A stretch of 64,000 bases of DNA, from the NCBI GenBank assembly GCA_964459145.1, contig CAYWKC010000001.1, forward strand, positions 40,200 to 104,199, in the 5' to 3' direction. Shown here piece after piece: positions 27,211 through 37,871 of this stretch (position 1 is the first letter of the stretch; every line of letters starts with the position of its first letter). Made by a program: the position numbers and the translations under genes. The notes beneath the pieces are model-generated. The model searched no databases. It was not told the DNA's origin and was given only the letters and a program-made list of their open reading frames with translations. Origin of the DNA: an uncultured Candidatus Saccharibacteria bacterium. GTDB lineage: Bacteria > Patescibacteriota > Minisyncoccia > Phycocordibacterales > UBA12079.

Positions 27211-28245
27211 TTATTTTTTGTTTAGAAGTAAAAGAGTTAACCCGATTATTTTATCTTTGTCTTGTGATTTACTTTCCGCTACTAATAAAGTTAATGCTGT
27301 TAAAGCTTCAGGAGTTAAACTAATTCTAAGAAGACCTGTCTTTCTAAGAAACCACACAAAAGAAAAAGCTCCGCTTCTTTTGTTGCCGTCAGTAAATGGA
27401 TGATTTTTAACAATAAAATACAGAAGATGGGCAGCTTTTTCTTCGGTAGTCGGGTAAACATCTTTTTTACCAAAGGTCTGAAAAACATTACCAACAATTC
27501 CTCCAATCGCATCTTTATTTCTCTCTTGTCCAAATAATTCAGTGGTTTGTTTTTTAGTAAGCAAAGTTTTCTTTAGATCATGAAGAGCTTGATTTAATTC
27601 TTCTGCGGTAAAAATTATTTGTTTTTTAGTGATGCCTTTTTTGGGGAAACTTTCTTTATCATAAGCATCCAGAGAAAACCATGTGCTAGCAAACACGTTA
27701 ATCAACTCTAAGATGTTCTTGGTATCAACAATATTTCCAGCCGGTAATAAAGCTTTGATTTCTGAAACAGCTTGCAAGAATTTTTGATAATTAGCCCCGA
27801 CTCGCTGTTTATTAATGGTATAGCCATCAACTAAATGCTGTTTTAAAGTCTTGGTCGCCCAGATGCGGAAAGCGATTGCTTTTGAAGAATTCGTCCTATA
27901 ACCCACCGCTAAAATGATATCTAAAGAGTAAAATGTGACAGGCTTGTCTGAATTTGCAATATGCATTTTTTGCATATTGCTTTTTTCATCAATTTCGCCA
28001 TCTTTGAAAATGTTAGTAATATGACGAGAGACAACTGATTGGTCAATGCCAAAAATATTTATTATTTGTGCTTGTGTTGCCCAAATTGTTTCATTATCAA
28101 AATCACCACGCAGTTCAATGGCCCCGTTTTTGGCTTGGTAAATCATTAATTGTTTTTTTAATTCGGTCTTGGTCATCTTGGTGTTTGTATTATAACAGGT
28201 TTTTGGGGAAAAGTGTTCCAAGGTGATGTAATCAAGCACGGTCAC
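27211..28245 (-). CDS. RhuM-like N-terminal domain fused to Fic/DOC domain protein
   Basis: C-terminal Fic motif HPFTDGNKRSGA; N-terminal region resembles RhuM-family proteins. The N-terminal extent is uncertain. Confidence 0.65.
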   Translation of the reverse strand: MTVLDYITLEHFSPKTCYNTNTKMTKTELKKQLMIYQAKNGAIELRGDFDNETIWATQAQIINIFGIDQSVVSRHITNIFKDGEIDEKSNMQKMHIANSDKPVTFYSLDIILAVGYRTNSSKAIAFRIWATKTLKQHLVDGYTINKQRVGANYQKFLQAVSEIKALLPAGNIVDTKNILELINVFASTWFSLDAYDKESFPKKGITKKQIIFTAEELNQALHDLKKTLLTKKQTTELFGQERNKDAIGGIVGNVFQTFGKKDVYPTTEEKAAHLLYFIVKNHPFTDGNKRSGAFSFVWFLRKTGLLRISLTPEALTALTLLVAESKSQDKDKIIGLTLLLLNKK

Positions 28246-28539
28246 GCTTACAAAGGAACTGTGGCAACAGAAAGTGGCGAAGAGGTTGGCTTCAAAATCA
28301 TCTTTGTCATTCCTCTCTCAAAACTCCTTGATGAAAGGTACGCCAGTTCAGATGTAGAGTTGACAGAGAAAAAAAGCCCTGCGGAGATTCGCCGCTTTCT
28401 CTATCTCGAGATACGCAGGAAGGGAAAAGAAGAAGAAATTTCAGATGTTGAATATCTTTCGTTTATGGAGATAATATGCCCTGAAATTTTCAAAAATTTC
28501 CGTCGGTATAGTTGGTTGCATAAAATGGTTAAGAGCTAG
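28213..28539 (+). CDS. hypothetical protein
   Basis: 108-aa ORF followed by a strong terminator (CCGCTCAACG...CGTTGAGCGG TTTT). Confidence 0.25.
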   Translation: MFQGDVIKHGHAYKGTVATESGEEVGFKIIFVIPLSKLLDERYASSDVELTEKKSPAEIRRFLYLEIRRKGKEEEISDVEYLSFMEIICPEIFKNFRRYSWLHKMVKS

Positions 28540-28750
28540 GCGGAACACCCCCCGGCACCCGCTCAACGAAAATCGCTTAACAGCTATTGTCGTTGAGCGG
28601 TTTTCTTTTTGTCTTTTTTTTGATGGATCGGCATAGAATTGGGCTGGTTTTATGCTGAGTGGTGGTTAAAAATAGGAAATTTGTGGATAACTTGAGATTT
28701 TAATTGAGATTGTTGGTATAATTTTCTGTGTATTAGTTAATAATAAAATT

Positions 28751-29515
28751 ATGGAAAAAGGATTTGGGTTGAGGGGTGTTTTAATAGTTATTGGAATTAT
28801 TGCCCTTGCGGGTGTTGGTTATTATTATGTCAAAAATGATACTTCTCTACCTGAAGAAAATACAATTGGTGATAAAAAAGACACTGGTAATTTGTCTATC
28901 GATGATTGTAAAGATTTGGAAAATTATAAACAAGAAGTGTGGTATCCGAATTTTAAGGTCAAAATTGAAAATTTAGATTTCTTTAGCCAGGCTGATGCCG
29001 AATGGCTTTTCGAAATGAATAAACACTCCTATAATTCACCTCAAGATATAATTGACCAAAGAGGAAAATACACAATCGAAAATGTCGGTCAAGTTTGTTA
29101 CTCAAATAGTGGTTATCTTTTCGCTATAATTCCAAGTGAATATGGAGGAGGAGGTTTTAAATTCATCCTTTACGATACAAAACTCGATACAATTAATATA
29201 GCAAAAAGAGAGGATATTGATGGGGGTAAAAATACACCTTGGTATTCATACAATAAGAATATGGTCGAACAAAGAAACGAAATTATAAAAACAGGTGCCC
29301 CTGAGCAAGTAAAAGAGATATATAAATGGTTTGGAACTCCTAGTAAATTCCAAGAAATAAACCAAGAAAACATAAAATTATCTGGAAGTACAGGAGACGC
29401 AGGGTGTGGCTCGAAAAGTTTTTATAATTATTCTCTAAAAGAGAATTATATTACTATTAAAGAAATTTGTTTTTCTTGCGAAGGAGATGAAGAAGCGACT
29501 TGTTATTCATTTTAA
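28751..29515 (+). CDS. hypothetical membrane-anchored or secreted protein
   Basis: N-terminal TM helix, Cys-containing C-terminus, terminator at 29540-29563. Confidence 0.45.
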   Translation: MEKGFGLRGVLIVIGIIALAGVGYYYVKNDTSLPEENTIGDKKDTGNLSIDDCKDLENYKQEVWYPNFKVKIENLDFFSQADAEWLFEMNKHSYNSPQDIIDQRGKYTIENVGQVCYSNSGYLFAIIPSEYGGGGFKFILYDTKLDTINIAKREDIDGGKNTPWYSYNKNMVEQRNEIIKTGAPEQVKEIYKWFGTPSKFQEINQENIKLSGSTGDAGCGSKSFYNYSLKENYITIKEICFSCEGDEEATCYSF

Positions 29516-29578
29516 ATCGATCATAAATTGCTAAATATATTTTTTTAAAACAGCCCGTTGGGGCTGTTTTAATATTCT

Positions 29579-29784
29579 GGTGCGCCGGGCAGGATTCGGT
29601 CACTCTCGTGGATATTTTTGTTCGCTTCGCTCCAAAAATATCTCACTTCATTGACCTCCACTCACTCGTATTTTTTCTTCACTGCGTTACGAAAAAATAT
29701 ACTCGTTCGGTTCGAATCCTGACTGTACGAAGTACAGTAAGAAAAAAAGCCTATCCAAACTGGATAGACCTTTTTCTCTTAGGG
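29579..29784 (-). repeat. tRNA-linked element downstream of tRNA-Tyr, ending in a tRNA 3'-end copy
   Basis: Exact 20-nt copy of the tRNA-Tyr 3' end (29580-29599 matches 29783-29802). Contains a terminator hairpin (29742-29776), an inverted T-arm copy CAGGATTCGAACC, and a GAGCGAAGCGAA box. Confidence 0.6.
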
Positions 29785-29867
29785 TGCGCCGGGCAGGATT
29801 CGAACCTGCGTAGCCGTAAGGCGCGAGTTTTACAGACTCGTGTAATTGACCGCTCTACCACCGACGC
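29785..29867 (-). tRNA. tRNA-Tyr (GUA), long variable arm
   Basis: Cloverleaf: acceptor GCGTCGG/CCGGCGC, anticodon loop CTGTAAA, T-arm GCAGGTTCGAATCCTGC. Confidence 0.85.
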
Positions 29868-29876
29868 ATATTTTAT

Positions 29877-32600
29877 TTATACCAGCACTTTTGCTTTTCT
29901 CTTCTTGCTTTGAGAATGATTCGTTGGAGAAATATTTTTCTTAGGGCTTTTCTGTTCTTTCTTAACTACAGAGAAACCCTTCTTTTTTCTGACAGTAAAA
30001 GTTAATTTATTATTCTCTACACCAATAGTTACAGAACCTCCTTGCATCATTCCCTGAGAAATCATCTGAGTAGCAATTGGAGTTAACACTTCATTCTGAA
30101 TAACTCTCTTCAAAGGTCTAGCCCCATATTGCGGATTATAGCCCTTTTTAACTAGATAGGAAAGAGCTGAATTAGTAATGGATAATGAAATATCCTTTCC
30201 TTTTAATCTCTTTTTGATTGAAGCTATTTGGATGTCAACAATTTCTCTGAGGGAATCTTCTCTTAAAATATCAAAGACGACAATATCATCTAAACGGTTT
30301 AAGAACTCTGGTCGGAAATAATCTTTCAGAGAATCCAAAACTTTTTGTTTGGTCTCTTCATATTGTTCTTCATTAGAATTATTATTGAACCCAATGGTCT
30401 CCATTTCATTCACATATTTAGAACCGATATTAGAAGTTAAAATAAGAATAGTGTTTTTAAAATTAGTCACTTTCCCCTTGGCATCAGTTAAAATACCATC
30501 ATCTAAAACTTGTAACAAAAGATTAAAAACTTCTGGGTGGGCTTTTTCAATTTCATCAAAAAGAATGATAGAATAAGGTCTATGGCGAACTGTTTCAGTC
30601 AAAGTTCCCCCTTCTTCATGACCAACATAGCCAGGTGGAGCTCCAATTAATTTGGAAACACTATGTTTTTCCATAAACTCTGACATATCTATTCTTATCA
30701 AAGCTTTCTCGTCGTTGAACATAATTTCAGCTAAACGTTTAGTCAACTCTGTTTTTCCTACTCCTGTAGGACCCAAAAACATAAAGGAGCCAATCGGTCG
30801 GTTAGGGTCTGAAATTCCCACACGAGACCTTTTAATGGCATCCGTTATTTTTTTAATAGCAACATCTTGTCCAATAACAACTTTTTTTAAGCCGTCTTCT
30901 AAACGTTTTAGTTTTTCTGTTTCTTCTTCCAGCATTCTAGTGATAGGTACCCCTGTCCAACGGCTGACCACATCAGCAATGTCTTCTGCTGTAATTTCTT
31001 CATTTAAAATCCGCCCAGTTCTTTTCAACTTTTTAAGGTGGTTGGTTTTTTCTTTTAATTCTTTCTCAGCCTGAGGAATTTCGGAATAACGAATTTCCGC
31101 TGTTCGACCCAAATCAGTCATGGCTTCACTTTGGTCAGACTCAATTCTTAATTGTTCTAAACTTTCTTTGATGGTTTTTATTTCGGCCAAAAGTTTCTTT
31201 TCATTATTCCACTTAATAGATAATTCTGAATTTTTTTCTTTGAGATCAGCAATTATTTTATCTATTTCTTTTAGGCGATCATTGTTTTTTGTTTTGGCTT
31301 CTTTTTTAAGCGCCTCTTTCTCAATTTCTAATCGTCGGATATTTCTGTCAGCTTCTTCTAAAACTGGTGGTTTATTTTCTAAAGAAATTTTAAGCGAAGA
31401 AGCTGATTCATCAATTAAATCAATGGCCTTATCTGGTAAAAATCTATCTGTAATGTAACGACTGGATAAATTAACTGCAGCGACAATGGCTTCATCAATA
31501 ATTTTGACTCCATGATAAAGTTCATATTTTTCTTTTAATCCTCTCAAAATAGCAATGGCATCTTCAATTGAGGGCTCGCTAACATAAACTGGTTGAAAAC
31601 GTCTTGTTAGAGCAGGGTCTTTTTCAATGTATCTTTGATATTCTCGCAAAGTGGTAGCTCCAATTGCTTGCAATTCTCCTCTCGCTAAAGCTGGTTTTAA
31701 CATATTAGAGGCATCCATAGAGCCATCAGCAGCTCCCGCTCCGACAATCGTGTGGATTTCGTCTATAAACAAAATAATTTTCCCCTCAGCTTGTTGAATT
31801 TCTTTTATAATAGATTTCAAACGGTCTTCAAATTCTCCGCGATATTTAGTCCCAGCTACCAATAAACCTAAATCCAAAGACACTAGTTTTTTATCTTTGA
31901 GAGAGTCTGGGATGTCGCCTTGAACAATACGCAAAGCTAAACCTTCGGCAATTGCTGTTTTTCCTACTCCAGCGTCCCCAATCAAAATGGGATTGTTTTT
32001 TGTTCGGCGAGACAAAATTTGGACAATTCGTCTAACTTCATTATCTCTCCCAATGACTGGATCTAATTTATTTTCATTAGCTAACTGGGTTAAATTTCTT
32101 GTAAATCTTGTTAAAGTTTTGTATTTTTTGGGTTTTTTAATGTTGGTGATTTTACCTTCTTTGATTTCTTGGAGAATGGTTTGGACATCTTCTTTTTTGA
32201 TATTAAATCTTGTCATTATTTCGTGAGTGTCTCCTGGAATATCAAATAAAGCTAAAAATAAATGTTCTACTGAAACAAAATCATCATTTAAGTCCTGTGC
32301 AATTGTAACTGATTTTTGTAAGACCTGTGCTAATTCAGGTGTTAAAAAGATTTGGTAAGAAGGCGTTAGGGTAGTAGTTTTTTCGGGGATTTCAATTAAT
32401 TCTAATAAAGTATCTGCTAAAAGAATAACATCTACATTTAATTTTTCTAAGATAGATATAACCACATTTTCTTCCTGAGTTAAGATTGCTGTAAAAAGGT
32501 GTAAATGATTAACATGATTTTGCCCACGTTCAATAGCTAACTCGTGAGAAAGACGAATAACTTCTTTAGCTTTAGTTGTAAAATTTTGGAAAGGAGGCAT
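29877..32600 (-). CDS. clpB: ATP-dependent chaperone ClpB
   Basis: Clp_N repeats, two AAA+ modules (GDAGVGKT and GPTGVGKT), long coiled-coil middle domain, Lys-rich C-terminal tail. Confidence 0.9.
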   Translation of the reverse strand: MPPFQNFTTKAKEVIRLSHELAIERGQNHVNHLHLFTAILTQEENVVISILEKLNVDVILLADTLLELIEIPEKTTTLTPSYQIFLTPELAQVLQKSVTIAQDLNDDFVSVEHLFLALFDIPGDTHEIMTRFNIKKEDVQTILQEIKEGKITNIKKPKKYKTLTRFTRNLTQLANENKLDPVIGRDNEVRRIVQILSRRTKNNPILIGDAGVGKTAIAEGLALRIVQGDIPDSLKDKKLVSLDLGLLVAGTKYRGEFEDRLKSIIKEIQQAEGKIILFIDEIHTIVGAGAADGSMDASNMLKPALARGELQAIGATTLREYQRYIEKDPALTRRFQPVYVSEPSIEDAIAILRGLKEKYELYHGVKIIDEAIVAAVNLSSRYITDRFLPDKAIDLIDESASSLKISLENKPPVLEEADRNIRRLEIEKEALKKEAKTKNNDRLKEIDKIIADLKEKNSELSIKWNNEKKLLAEIKTIKESLEQLRIESDQSEAMTDLGRTAEIRYSEIPQAEKELKEKTNHLKKLKRTGRILNEEITAEDIADVVSRWTGVPITRMLEEETEKLKRLEDGLKKVVIGQDVAIKKITDAIKRSRVGISDPNRPIGSFMFLGPTGVGKTELTKRLAEIMFNDEKALIRIDMSEFMEKHSVSKLIGAPPGYVGHEEGGTLTETVRHRPYSIILFDEIEKAHPEVFNLLLQVLDDGILTDAKGKVTNFKNTILILTSNIGSKYVNEMETIGFNNNSNEEQYEETKQKVLDSLKDYFRPEFLNRLDDIVVFDILREDSLREIVDIQIASIKKRLKGKDISLSITNSALSYLVKKGYNPQYGARPLKRVIQNEVLTPIATQMISQGMMQGGSVTIGVENNKLTFTVRKKKGFSVVKKEQKSPKKNISPTNHSQSKKRKAKVLV

Positions 32601-32629
32601 AATTTAAAAATATTAGAGCAAAAGAAAAA

Positions 32630-33532
32630 TTATATTCCTTGACTGGAATTAATTGTTTCTGAATTGGTTTGATGAGGTTTGTCTAAATCTCGCTTGATTA
32701 GATTTACAGGAATGAAAAAACTTGATTTTGATTTGATTCCGATAACTTTTCCGTCCAAATCTATCAATAAACTCATGGGCAACTGCAAATCAAGGTTTGT
32801 TTCAATTTCAGTTGTCATAATTTTTAGCTCTGTTTTGGAACTTTCAATCGGTGGTTCACCAGTAGTTGCTACGAGTGATAATTTGTCTCTTTTTAAATTT
32901 GAAATAATCCCAGTTGAAGCAACATTGGATGTTTCTCCGCCCAAAGAAATAACTGATTGTCCTAATTTCAAAACATCAGAATCACCTAATTCAATGGGAG
33001 TAAAAATTAATTCTTCTTCTCCTAAAACTTCGGGACTAGGTGTTTGAATTTTTAATAAAGTTAGGTCATCATCCATTAAATTATTTTCAAAAGCTAACTT
33101 TAAATTTAAGTTACCGTCAGTAATAAAATAATTACCTTCTTTGGATAAACCTTTTCCATCTATTAGTATTTCATTCTCTTTAGAAATAATAACACCTAAG
33201 CTAATAAAATTAGCTTGGTCTTTTCCTTCTTTATCTTTGGTTAAACTAAAAACCCTGACCAATGAGCTTGAATTTTTTTCAATGGCTTTAATAACAAAGT
33301 CCTCATCACTAACAATAATAGTCTCTGTATTTTCAATAATAGTAGCTTTTTGCTCACCAGGGACAACTCGCTCCACTGTTTTTTCAATAACTTTGTGGAC
33401 TGTATCAGTTACAACTTTAGGAGCTTGGTTCATCAAGGAAACAGTCACAATACCCGTAGCAATAGAAGTGATAAAACTGATTAAGAGAGTTAAGAGGATT
33501 ATTTGAGTTTTGTTTAATTCTTCTATGTTCAT
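32630..33532 (-). CDS. membrane-anchored HtrA-like (S1C) domain protein, probably non-catalytic
   Basis: TM N-terminus; resembles the trypsin-like fold around GGETSNVASTGIISN, but the GNSGG serine motif is replaced by MSLLIDLDGKVIGI. Confidence 0.45.
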   Translation of the reverse strand: MNIEELNKTQIILLTLLISFITSIATGIVTVSLMNQAPKVVTDTVHKVIEKTVERVVPGEQKATIIENTETIIVSDEDFVIKAIEKNSSSLVRVFSLTKDKEGKDQANFISLGVIISKENEILIDGKGLSKEGNYFITDGNLNLKLAFENNLMDDDLTLLKIQTPSPEVLGEEELIFTPIELGDSDVLKLGQSVISLGGETSNVASTGIISNLKRDKLSLVATTGEPPIESSKTELKIMTTEIETNLDLQLPMSLLIDLDGKVIGIKSKSSFFIPVNLIKRDLDKPHQTNSETINSSQGI

Positions 33533-33661
33533 AAATTTAGTGATTAAGATTTAGGTGTTAGGAGTTAGGAGAGGAAAAATCGCTTTGCGATTTTTCCTCT
33601 AAAACCTAAATAACTAACCTCTGAATACCTACTTGATATTATAGACAAAAAAGTTATAAAA

Positions 33662-34831
33662 TCAAATTGAACAAATTTTAATTAAACATTTAATTAAATA
33701 ATCAATATTTTTTTTGGTAGTGGATTTTCCCATCGTAAAACGGATTGAACCTTTATCTCGATTTTCTCTATTTCCTAATGAGTTAACCACATAAGAAGTT
33801 TTCCCTGTTAAACAAGCTGATTTAGTAGAACAAGCAATTCCCAGTTGGTCTAATTGAATGATCATAAATTCATTATTCTTGTTAGGAAAAAAAATATTGG
33901 CATTATTAGCTAACCTTTGGTTAAGGTTGCCGTTTAGTTTGGTGCCTGGAATTTTTTCTAAAATTTTCTTAATAAAATAATTTCTCAATTTTATTAATCG
34001 TTGGCTTTCTCTTTTCTTGTCTTGTTCTGCCATTTCCAAAGCTTTAGCGAAACCAACAACGAGAGGTGTATTTTCGGTTCCCGGTCGAAGACCACTCTCT
34101 TGGCCTCCTCCCATAATCAAAGGATTAATTTCAATATTTTTTTTCACAAAAAGAATTCCTACTCCTTTCGGTCCATATATTTTTTGAGCATCAAAACTTA
34201 TCATATCGATATTTAATTTTTGAATATCAATAGGTAAAAACAATAAAGCTTGAGCTGCGTCGCTATGAAAAATTGGAAAGGCTGAGGATTGTGGTTGTCG
34301 TCTTTTAAAATTTTGTATGATTTTTACTATTTCTTCTATTGGCTGAATAGTCCCGATTTCATTATTTACGAACATAATTGAAATTAGAACTATCTTAGAT
34401 GTGATTATTTTTTTTAACTGTTCAAGATCAACTATCCCCTCTTGGTTAATGTCTAAATAATCAACCTGAGCGCCTTTTTCTTCAAAATATTTAAAACACT
34501 GTAAAACTGAAGGATGTTCAAAAACAGTGGTAATTAAGTGCATTTCTTTAACTTGTTGTCCTGCTTCAATTAATTTATTAAGAATACCAAAGATAGCTAG
34601 ATTATTTGCTTCTGTCCCCCCTGAAGTAAAAATCAATTCTTCGGATTGAGCATTTACAAGTTTGGCTATTTTTTTTCGAGATTCAGTCAAGGCCTGTTTT
34701 GCTATGATTCCTTCAGTATGATTGGCTCCTGCATTTCCGAAATCAACATTCCAAAATCTTTCCATGGCTTTTTTAACCTCTTTCCTCACAGGAGTGGCAG
34801 CAGCGTGGTCTAAATAGATTCTTTTTTTCAT
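33662..34831 (-). CDS. cysteine desulfurase / class V aminotransferase
   Basis: PLP lysine region SFDAQKIYGPKGVG; class V fold. Confidence 0.85.
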   Translation of the reverse strand: MKKRIYLDHAAATPVRKEVKKAMERFWNVDFGNAGANHTEGIIAKQALTESRKKIAKLVNAQSEELIFTSGGTEANNLAIFGILNKLIEAGQQVKEMHLITTVFEHPSVLQCFKYFEEKGAQVDYLDINQEGIVDLEQLKKIITSKIVLISIMFVNNEIGTIQPIEEIVKIIQNFKRRQPQSSAFPIFHSDAAQALLFLPIDIQKLNIDMISFDAQKIYGPKGVGILFVKKNIEINPLIMGGGQESGLRPGTENTPLVVGFAKALEMAEQDKKRESQRLIKLRNYFIKKILEKIPGTKLNGNLNQRLANNANIFFPNKNNEFMIIQLDQLGIACSTKSACLTGKTSYVVNSLGNRENRDKGSIRFTMGKSTTKKNIDYLIKCLIKICSI

Positions 34832-34899
34832 TAATCGTTATTTTACTATGGTTTTTCTAAATTGCAAAAAAGTGTTTGTAGTGTATAATTTTTGGTATT

Positions 34900-35367
34900 A
34901 TGACTTTTACTTTAGAAGAGCTAGCTTTATATGTTCTTGTCGGGGTTAACATCCTTTTTGTTCTGTGGTTAACAAGATTAGAAGTAAAAAGTAAAGATAT
35001 TAATTTAATTAGAGATAAGAAAGGATTACGAAATAAAATTGATTCTATTGAAAACAAGATTGAAGAATTACAACAATTTGGAAATGAAACTATAGATAAA
35101 CTGGATGTTTTAGAGAATAAGTTGAAAAATAGTATTCAAAATATAGAGATTGTAAGATTTAATCCTTTTAAAAAAGATGGAGTCGGTGGGGATCAAAGCT
35201 TTGCGACAACTTTTTTGAATAAAAAAGGAAAAGGAATAGTGATGTCTAGTTTATATACTAGAGATAAAGTTAGTATCTTTGCTAAACCCATTGAAAATTG
35301 GCAGTCAAAATATGAACTTTCTGAAGAGGAAACCAAAGTTCTAAATGAGACCAAAAATTCTCTTTAA
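34900..35367 (+). CDS. hypothetical membrane-anchored coiled-coil protein
   Basis: 155-aa ORF immediately upstream of infB. Confidence 0.4.
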   Translation: MTFTLEELALYVLVGVNILFVLWLTRLEVKSKDINLIRDKKGLRNKIDSIENKIEELQQFGNETIDKLDVLENKLKNSIQNIEIVRFNPFKKDGVGGDQSFATTFLNKKGKGIVMSSLYTRDKVSIFAKPIENWQSKYELSEEETKVLNETKNSL

Positions 35368-35371
35368 AATT

Positions 35372-36895
35372 ATGAGTAAAAAAATCAGGGAAAATTTAAT
35401 AGAAAGACCGCCAGTTGTTGTTGTCATGGGGCATATTGACCACGGAAAATCAACCTTGTTGGATTTCATCAGGAAAACCAATGTCGTTGAAAATGAGGCC
35501 GGGAGTATTACTCAGCATATTTCTGCTTATGAAGTTCTTTATGAAAAAAATAAAAAAGAAAAGAAAAAAATTACTTTTATTGATACTCCTGGACATGCTG
35601 CTTTTTCAAACGTCCGTGCTACTGGAGTCTGTTTGGCTGATATAGCCATTTTAATAATTTCAGCCGAAGATGGAGTTAAACCTCAAACAATTGAAGCCTA
35701 TAAAAGTATTCAGGAATCTAACATTCCAGTGGTGGTAGCTATCAATAAAATTGACAAACAAAATGCAAATGTTGAAAAAATTAAACAAGAATTATTAGAA
35801 AACGAAATTTTTCTTGAAGGGTTAGGTGGAAATATTCCGTTTAATATGATTTCAGCCAAAACAGGACAAGGTGTTTCTGAGCTTTTGGAGACAGTGCTTT
35901 TGGTAGCTGATATGGAGGAATTAACAGGTAATCAAGGCGAACCAGCAAGTGGTTTTGTCTTGGAATCAAAAATTAATACTCAAAAAGGAACAGAAATTAC
36001 GGCTATAATAAAAAATGGAAGAATGAAAAAAGGTGATTTTATTGTGATAAACAATAAAGTAAGTCCAATTAGAGGGTTAGAAAATGTTTTAGGAGAACCT
36101 ATTAATGAGGCTACTTTTTCAAATCCAATTAAATTGATTGGAATTAAAGCGGTTCCCGAAACAGGAACCAGTTTTGTAACTTTTCTATCAAAAAAAGAAG
36201 CCGAAAACTTTATTAGTAATCAAGTAAATAAATCAGATGTTTTAACCAAAAGATTTTCTCAAAAAATAAACACTTCTGACAATGAAGAAAAAACAAAAAT
36301 TTTAATAATAATTAAGGCTGATGTTTCTGGAACAATTGATGCCATTCAACAAGAAATAAAAAAGATTGAACAAGAAAGAGCTGACATTCAAATCATTTCA
36401 GCTGGAGTGGGAGATATAAACGAGAACGATATAAAATTAGCTGGGAATAAGGGAGATGTTTTAATCGTTGGTTTTAATGTAAAAATTAATCAACAAATAA
36501 AAAGTCTAGCGGAAAGATCAAATATTAAAATTGTTATTGTTGATGTCATTTATAAATTGACGGAATGGTTAGAAGAAAACATTAAAAACCTTATTCCTAA
36601 AATAAAAGTAGAGGAACAAACTGGTTCAGCTAAAATTATGAAACTCTTTAGTAAATCTAAAGACGGACAAATAATCGGAGGAAAGGTAAAAGAGGGTAAG
36701 ATAATATTATCTTCTGATGTAAAGATTTTGAGAAGAGATTATGAAATTGGAAAAGGGATAATTATTAATCTTCAAAAACAGAAAATTCAAGTTAAAGAAG
36801 TAAGTGAGGGAGATGAATTTGGAATGAATTTAAAATCAAAAATCGATGTTGCTTCTGGTGACGTTCTCTCAGCTTACAAAATTATTGAAAAATAA
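35372..36895 (+). CDS. infB: translation initiation factor IF-2 (short form)
   Basis: G-domain VVVVMGHIDHGKSTLLD, DTPGH, NKID. Start at MSKKIREN. Confidence 0.9.
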   Translation: MSKKIRENLIERPPVVVVMGHIDHGKSTLLDFIRKTNVVENEAGSITQHISAYEVLYEKNKKEKKKITFIDTPGHAAFSNVRATGVCLADIAILIISAEDGVKPQTIEAYKSIQESNIPVVVAINKIDKQNANVEKIKQELLENEIFLEGLGGNIPFNMISAKTGQGVSELLETVLLVADMEELTGNQGEPASGFVLESKINTQKGTEITAIIKNGRMKKGDFIVINNKVSPIRGLENVLGEPINEATFSNPIKLIGIKAVPETGTSFVTFLSKKEAENFISNQVNKSDVLTKRFSQKINTSDNEEKTKILIIIKADVSGTIDAIQQEIKKIEQERADIQIISAGVGDINENDIKLAGNKGDVLIVGFNVKINQQIKSLAERSNIKIVIVDVIYKLTEWLEENIKNLIPKIKVEEQTGSAKIMKLFSKSKDGQIIGGKVKEGKIILSSDVKILRRDYEIGKGIIINLQKQKIQVKEVSEGDEFGMNLKSKIDVASGDVLSAYKIIEK

Positions 36896-36900
36896 AAACA

Positions 36901-37224
36901 ATGACATTGAGACAAGAAAAAGTACGAGAAAATATTAAAAACTTAGCTGCTCAATTTTTGGAAAAAGAATCGAATAGAACTTCCCTAATTACAATAACTG
37001 ATGCTGATGTTTCTAAGGACCTTAAGCAGGCAACAATTTTTATAACAGTTTTGCCAACCTCAAACGAACAATCCGCTTTAGATTTTGTTAAACGACAAAG
37101 AAGCGATTTTAGACATTTCCTTCAATCTAAACTTAAAATGAAATTTACTCCTTTCCTTGATTTTGCAATAGATGAAGGTGAAAAAAATCGCCAAAGAATT
37201 GACGAATTGTCTCAAGATTTGTAG
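36901..37224 (+). CDS. rbfA: ribosome-binding factor A
   Basis: Typical RbfA N-terminal region; follows infB. Confidence 0.85.
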   Translation: MTLRQEKVRENIKNLAAQFLEKESNRTSLITITDADVSKDLKQATIFITVLPTSNEQSALDFVKRQRSDFRHFLQSKLKMKFTPFLDFAIDEGEKNRQRIDELSQDL

Positions 37225-37244
37225 ACTATAAGAAGTTTAAAAAA

Positions 37245-37316
37245 GGCCTGGTGGCGAAGTAGAAACGCTTCGGTCTGCAAAACCGACATGCGCGGGTGCG
37301 ATTCCCGCCCAGGCCT
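37245..37316 (+). tRNA. tRNA-Cys (GCA)
   Basis: Acceptor GGCCTGG/CCAGGCC, anticodon loop CTGCAAA, T-arm GCGGGTGCGATTCCCGC. Confidence 0.85.
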
Positions 37317-37511
37317 CAAGTAAAATAATTAGGAAATTCTTTTCTTCATTATTTTACTTTGGAGGTTCTGGTAGGAATCGCACGGTGGTAGGAAAAAGTC
37401 CCGTGGACTTTTTCCGAGTCGCGACCAGCAGTACTTTAGTTTTTCAAGTTTGAGTTTACGAAAACTAAGAAAAACTTTAGTAACTGTGGATCGATTCCCG
37501 CCCAGGCCTCA
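37317..37511 (+). repeat. tRNA-linked element after tRNA-Cys, ending in a 20-nt copy of the tRNA-Cys 3' end
   Basis: 37492-37511 (CGATTCCCGCCCAGGCCTCA) matches the tRNA 3' end. Hairpin GGAAAAAGTCC-cgt-GGACTTTTTCC at 37391-37415. Inverted T-arm copy GGAATCGCAC at 37374-37383. Confidence 0.6.
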
Positions 37512-37524
37512 GGAAAAATAAAAT

Positions 37525-37606
37525 GCCTGGGTGGCGGAATTGGTATACGCGCACGACTTAAAATCGTGTCTTTCACGAGATGCGGGTTCGACTCCCGCCC
37601 CAGGCA
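37525..37606 (+). tRNA. tRNA-Leu (UAA), long variable arm
   Basis: Acceptor GCCTGGG/CCCAGGC, anticodon loop CTTAAAA, T-arm GCGGGTTCGACTCCCGC. Confidence 0.85.
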
Positions 37607-37627
37607 CAAAAAAGAAATAAACGATAT

Positions 37628-37700
37628 CCGCCCATAGCTTAGCTGGTAAAGCAGTCGGCTCTTAACCGAAAGACCGTAGGTTCGAATCCTACTGGGCGGA
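37628..37700 (+). tRNA. tRNA-Lys (CUU)
   Basis: Acceptor CCGCCCA/TGGGCGG (C1-G72), anticodon loop CTCTTAA, T-arm GTAGGTTCGAATCCTAC, A73. Confidence 0.7.
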
Positions 37701-37704
37701 CAAA

Positions 37705-37764
37705 TGTAGCGAAGCGGAATTTGTTAACCTAAGGCAAAAAAGATATTTAGTATTTAGTAATAGC
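37705..37764 (+). repeat. partial tRNA-linked element after tRNA-Lys (GCGAAG box only)
   Basis: TAGCGAAGCGGAA...AAAAAAGATATTTAGTA resembles the 3' half of the Trp element but has no hairpin and no tRNA-end copy. Confidence 0.35.
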
Positions 37765-37871
37765 AAAACAAACCTAACAGATAGGACCATTTGTTGATAA
37801 TATTTTACCATTGTTATATACTTTTAGTAGTTTGTAAATATTGAAAACCTAAAAAACAAAAGGAGGTTGTT

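Noticed and set aside
28684-28693. Single perfect DnaA-box (TTATCCACA on the minus strand), raising the possibility of an oriC.
   Set aside because: Only one box is present and there is no cluster or AT-rich DUE context.
29579-29784. tRNA-linked elements as reverse-transcribed copies of mature tRNA, prompted by the Tyr copy reading ACCA while the gene reads ACCC.
   Set aside because: The Gln, Cys and Trp copies extend into gene-flanking DNA (for example CAAAATT after tRNA-Gln) that is absent from a mature tRNA. The duplication is therefore at the DNA level.
29608-29913. 101-aa plus-strand ORF.
   Set aside because: It overlaps tRNA-Tyr and its tRNA-linked element on the opposite strand. A T-arm-like GGTTCGAATCC inside it is the inverted T-arm copy of the element, not a second tRNA.
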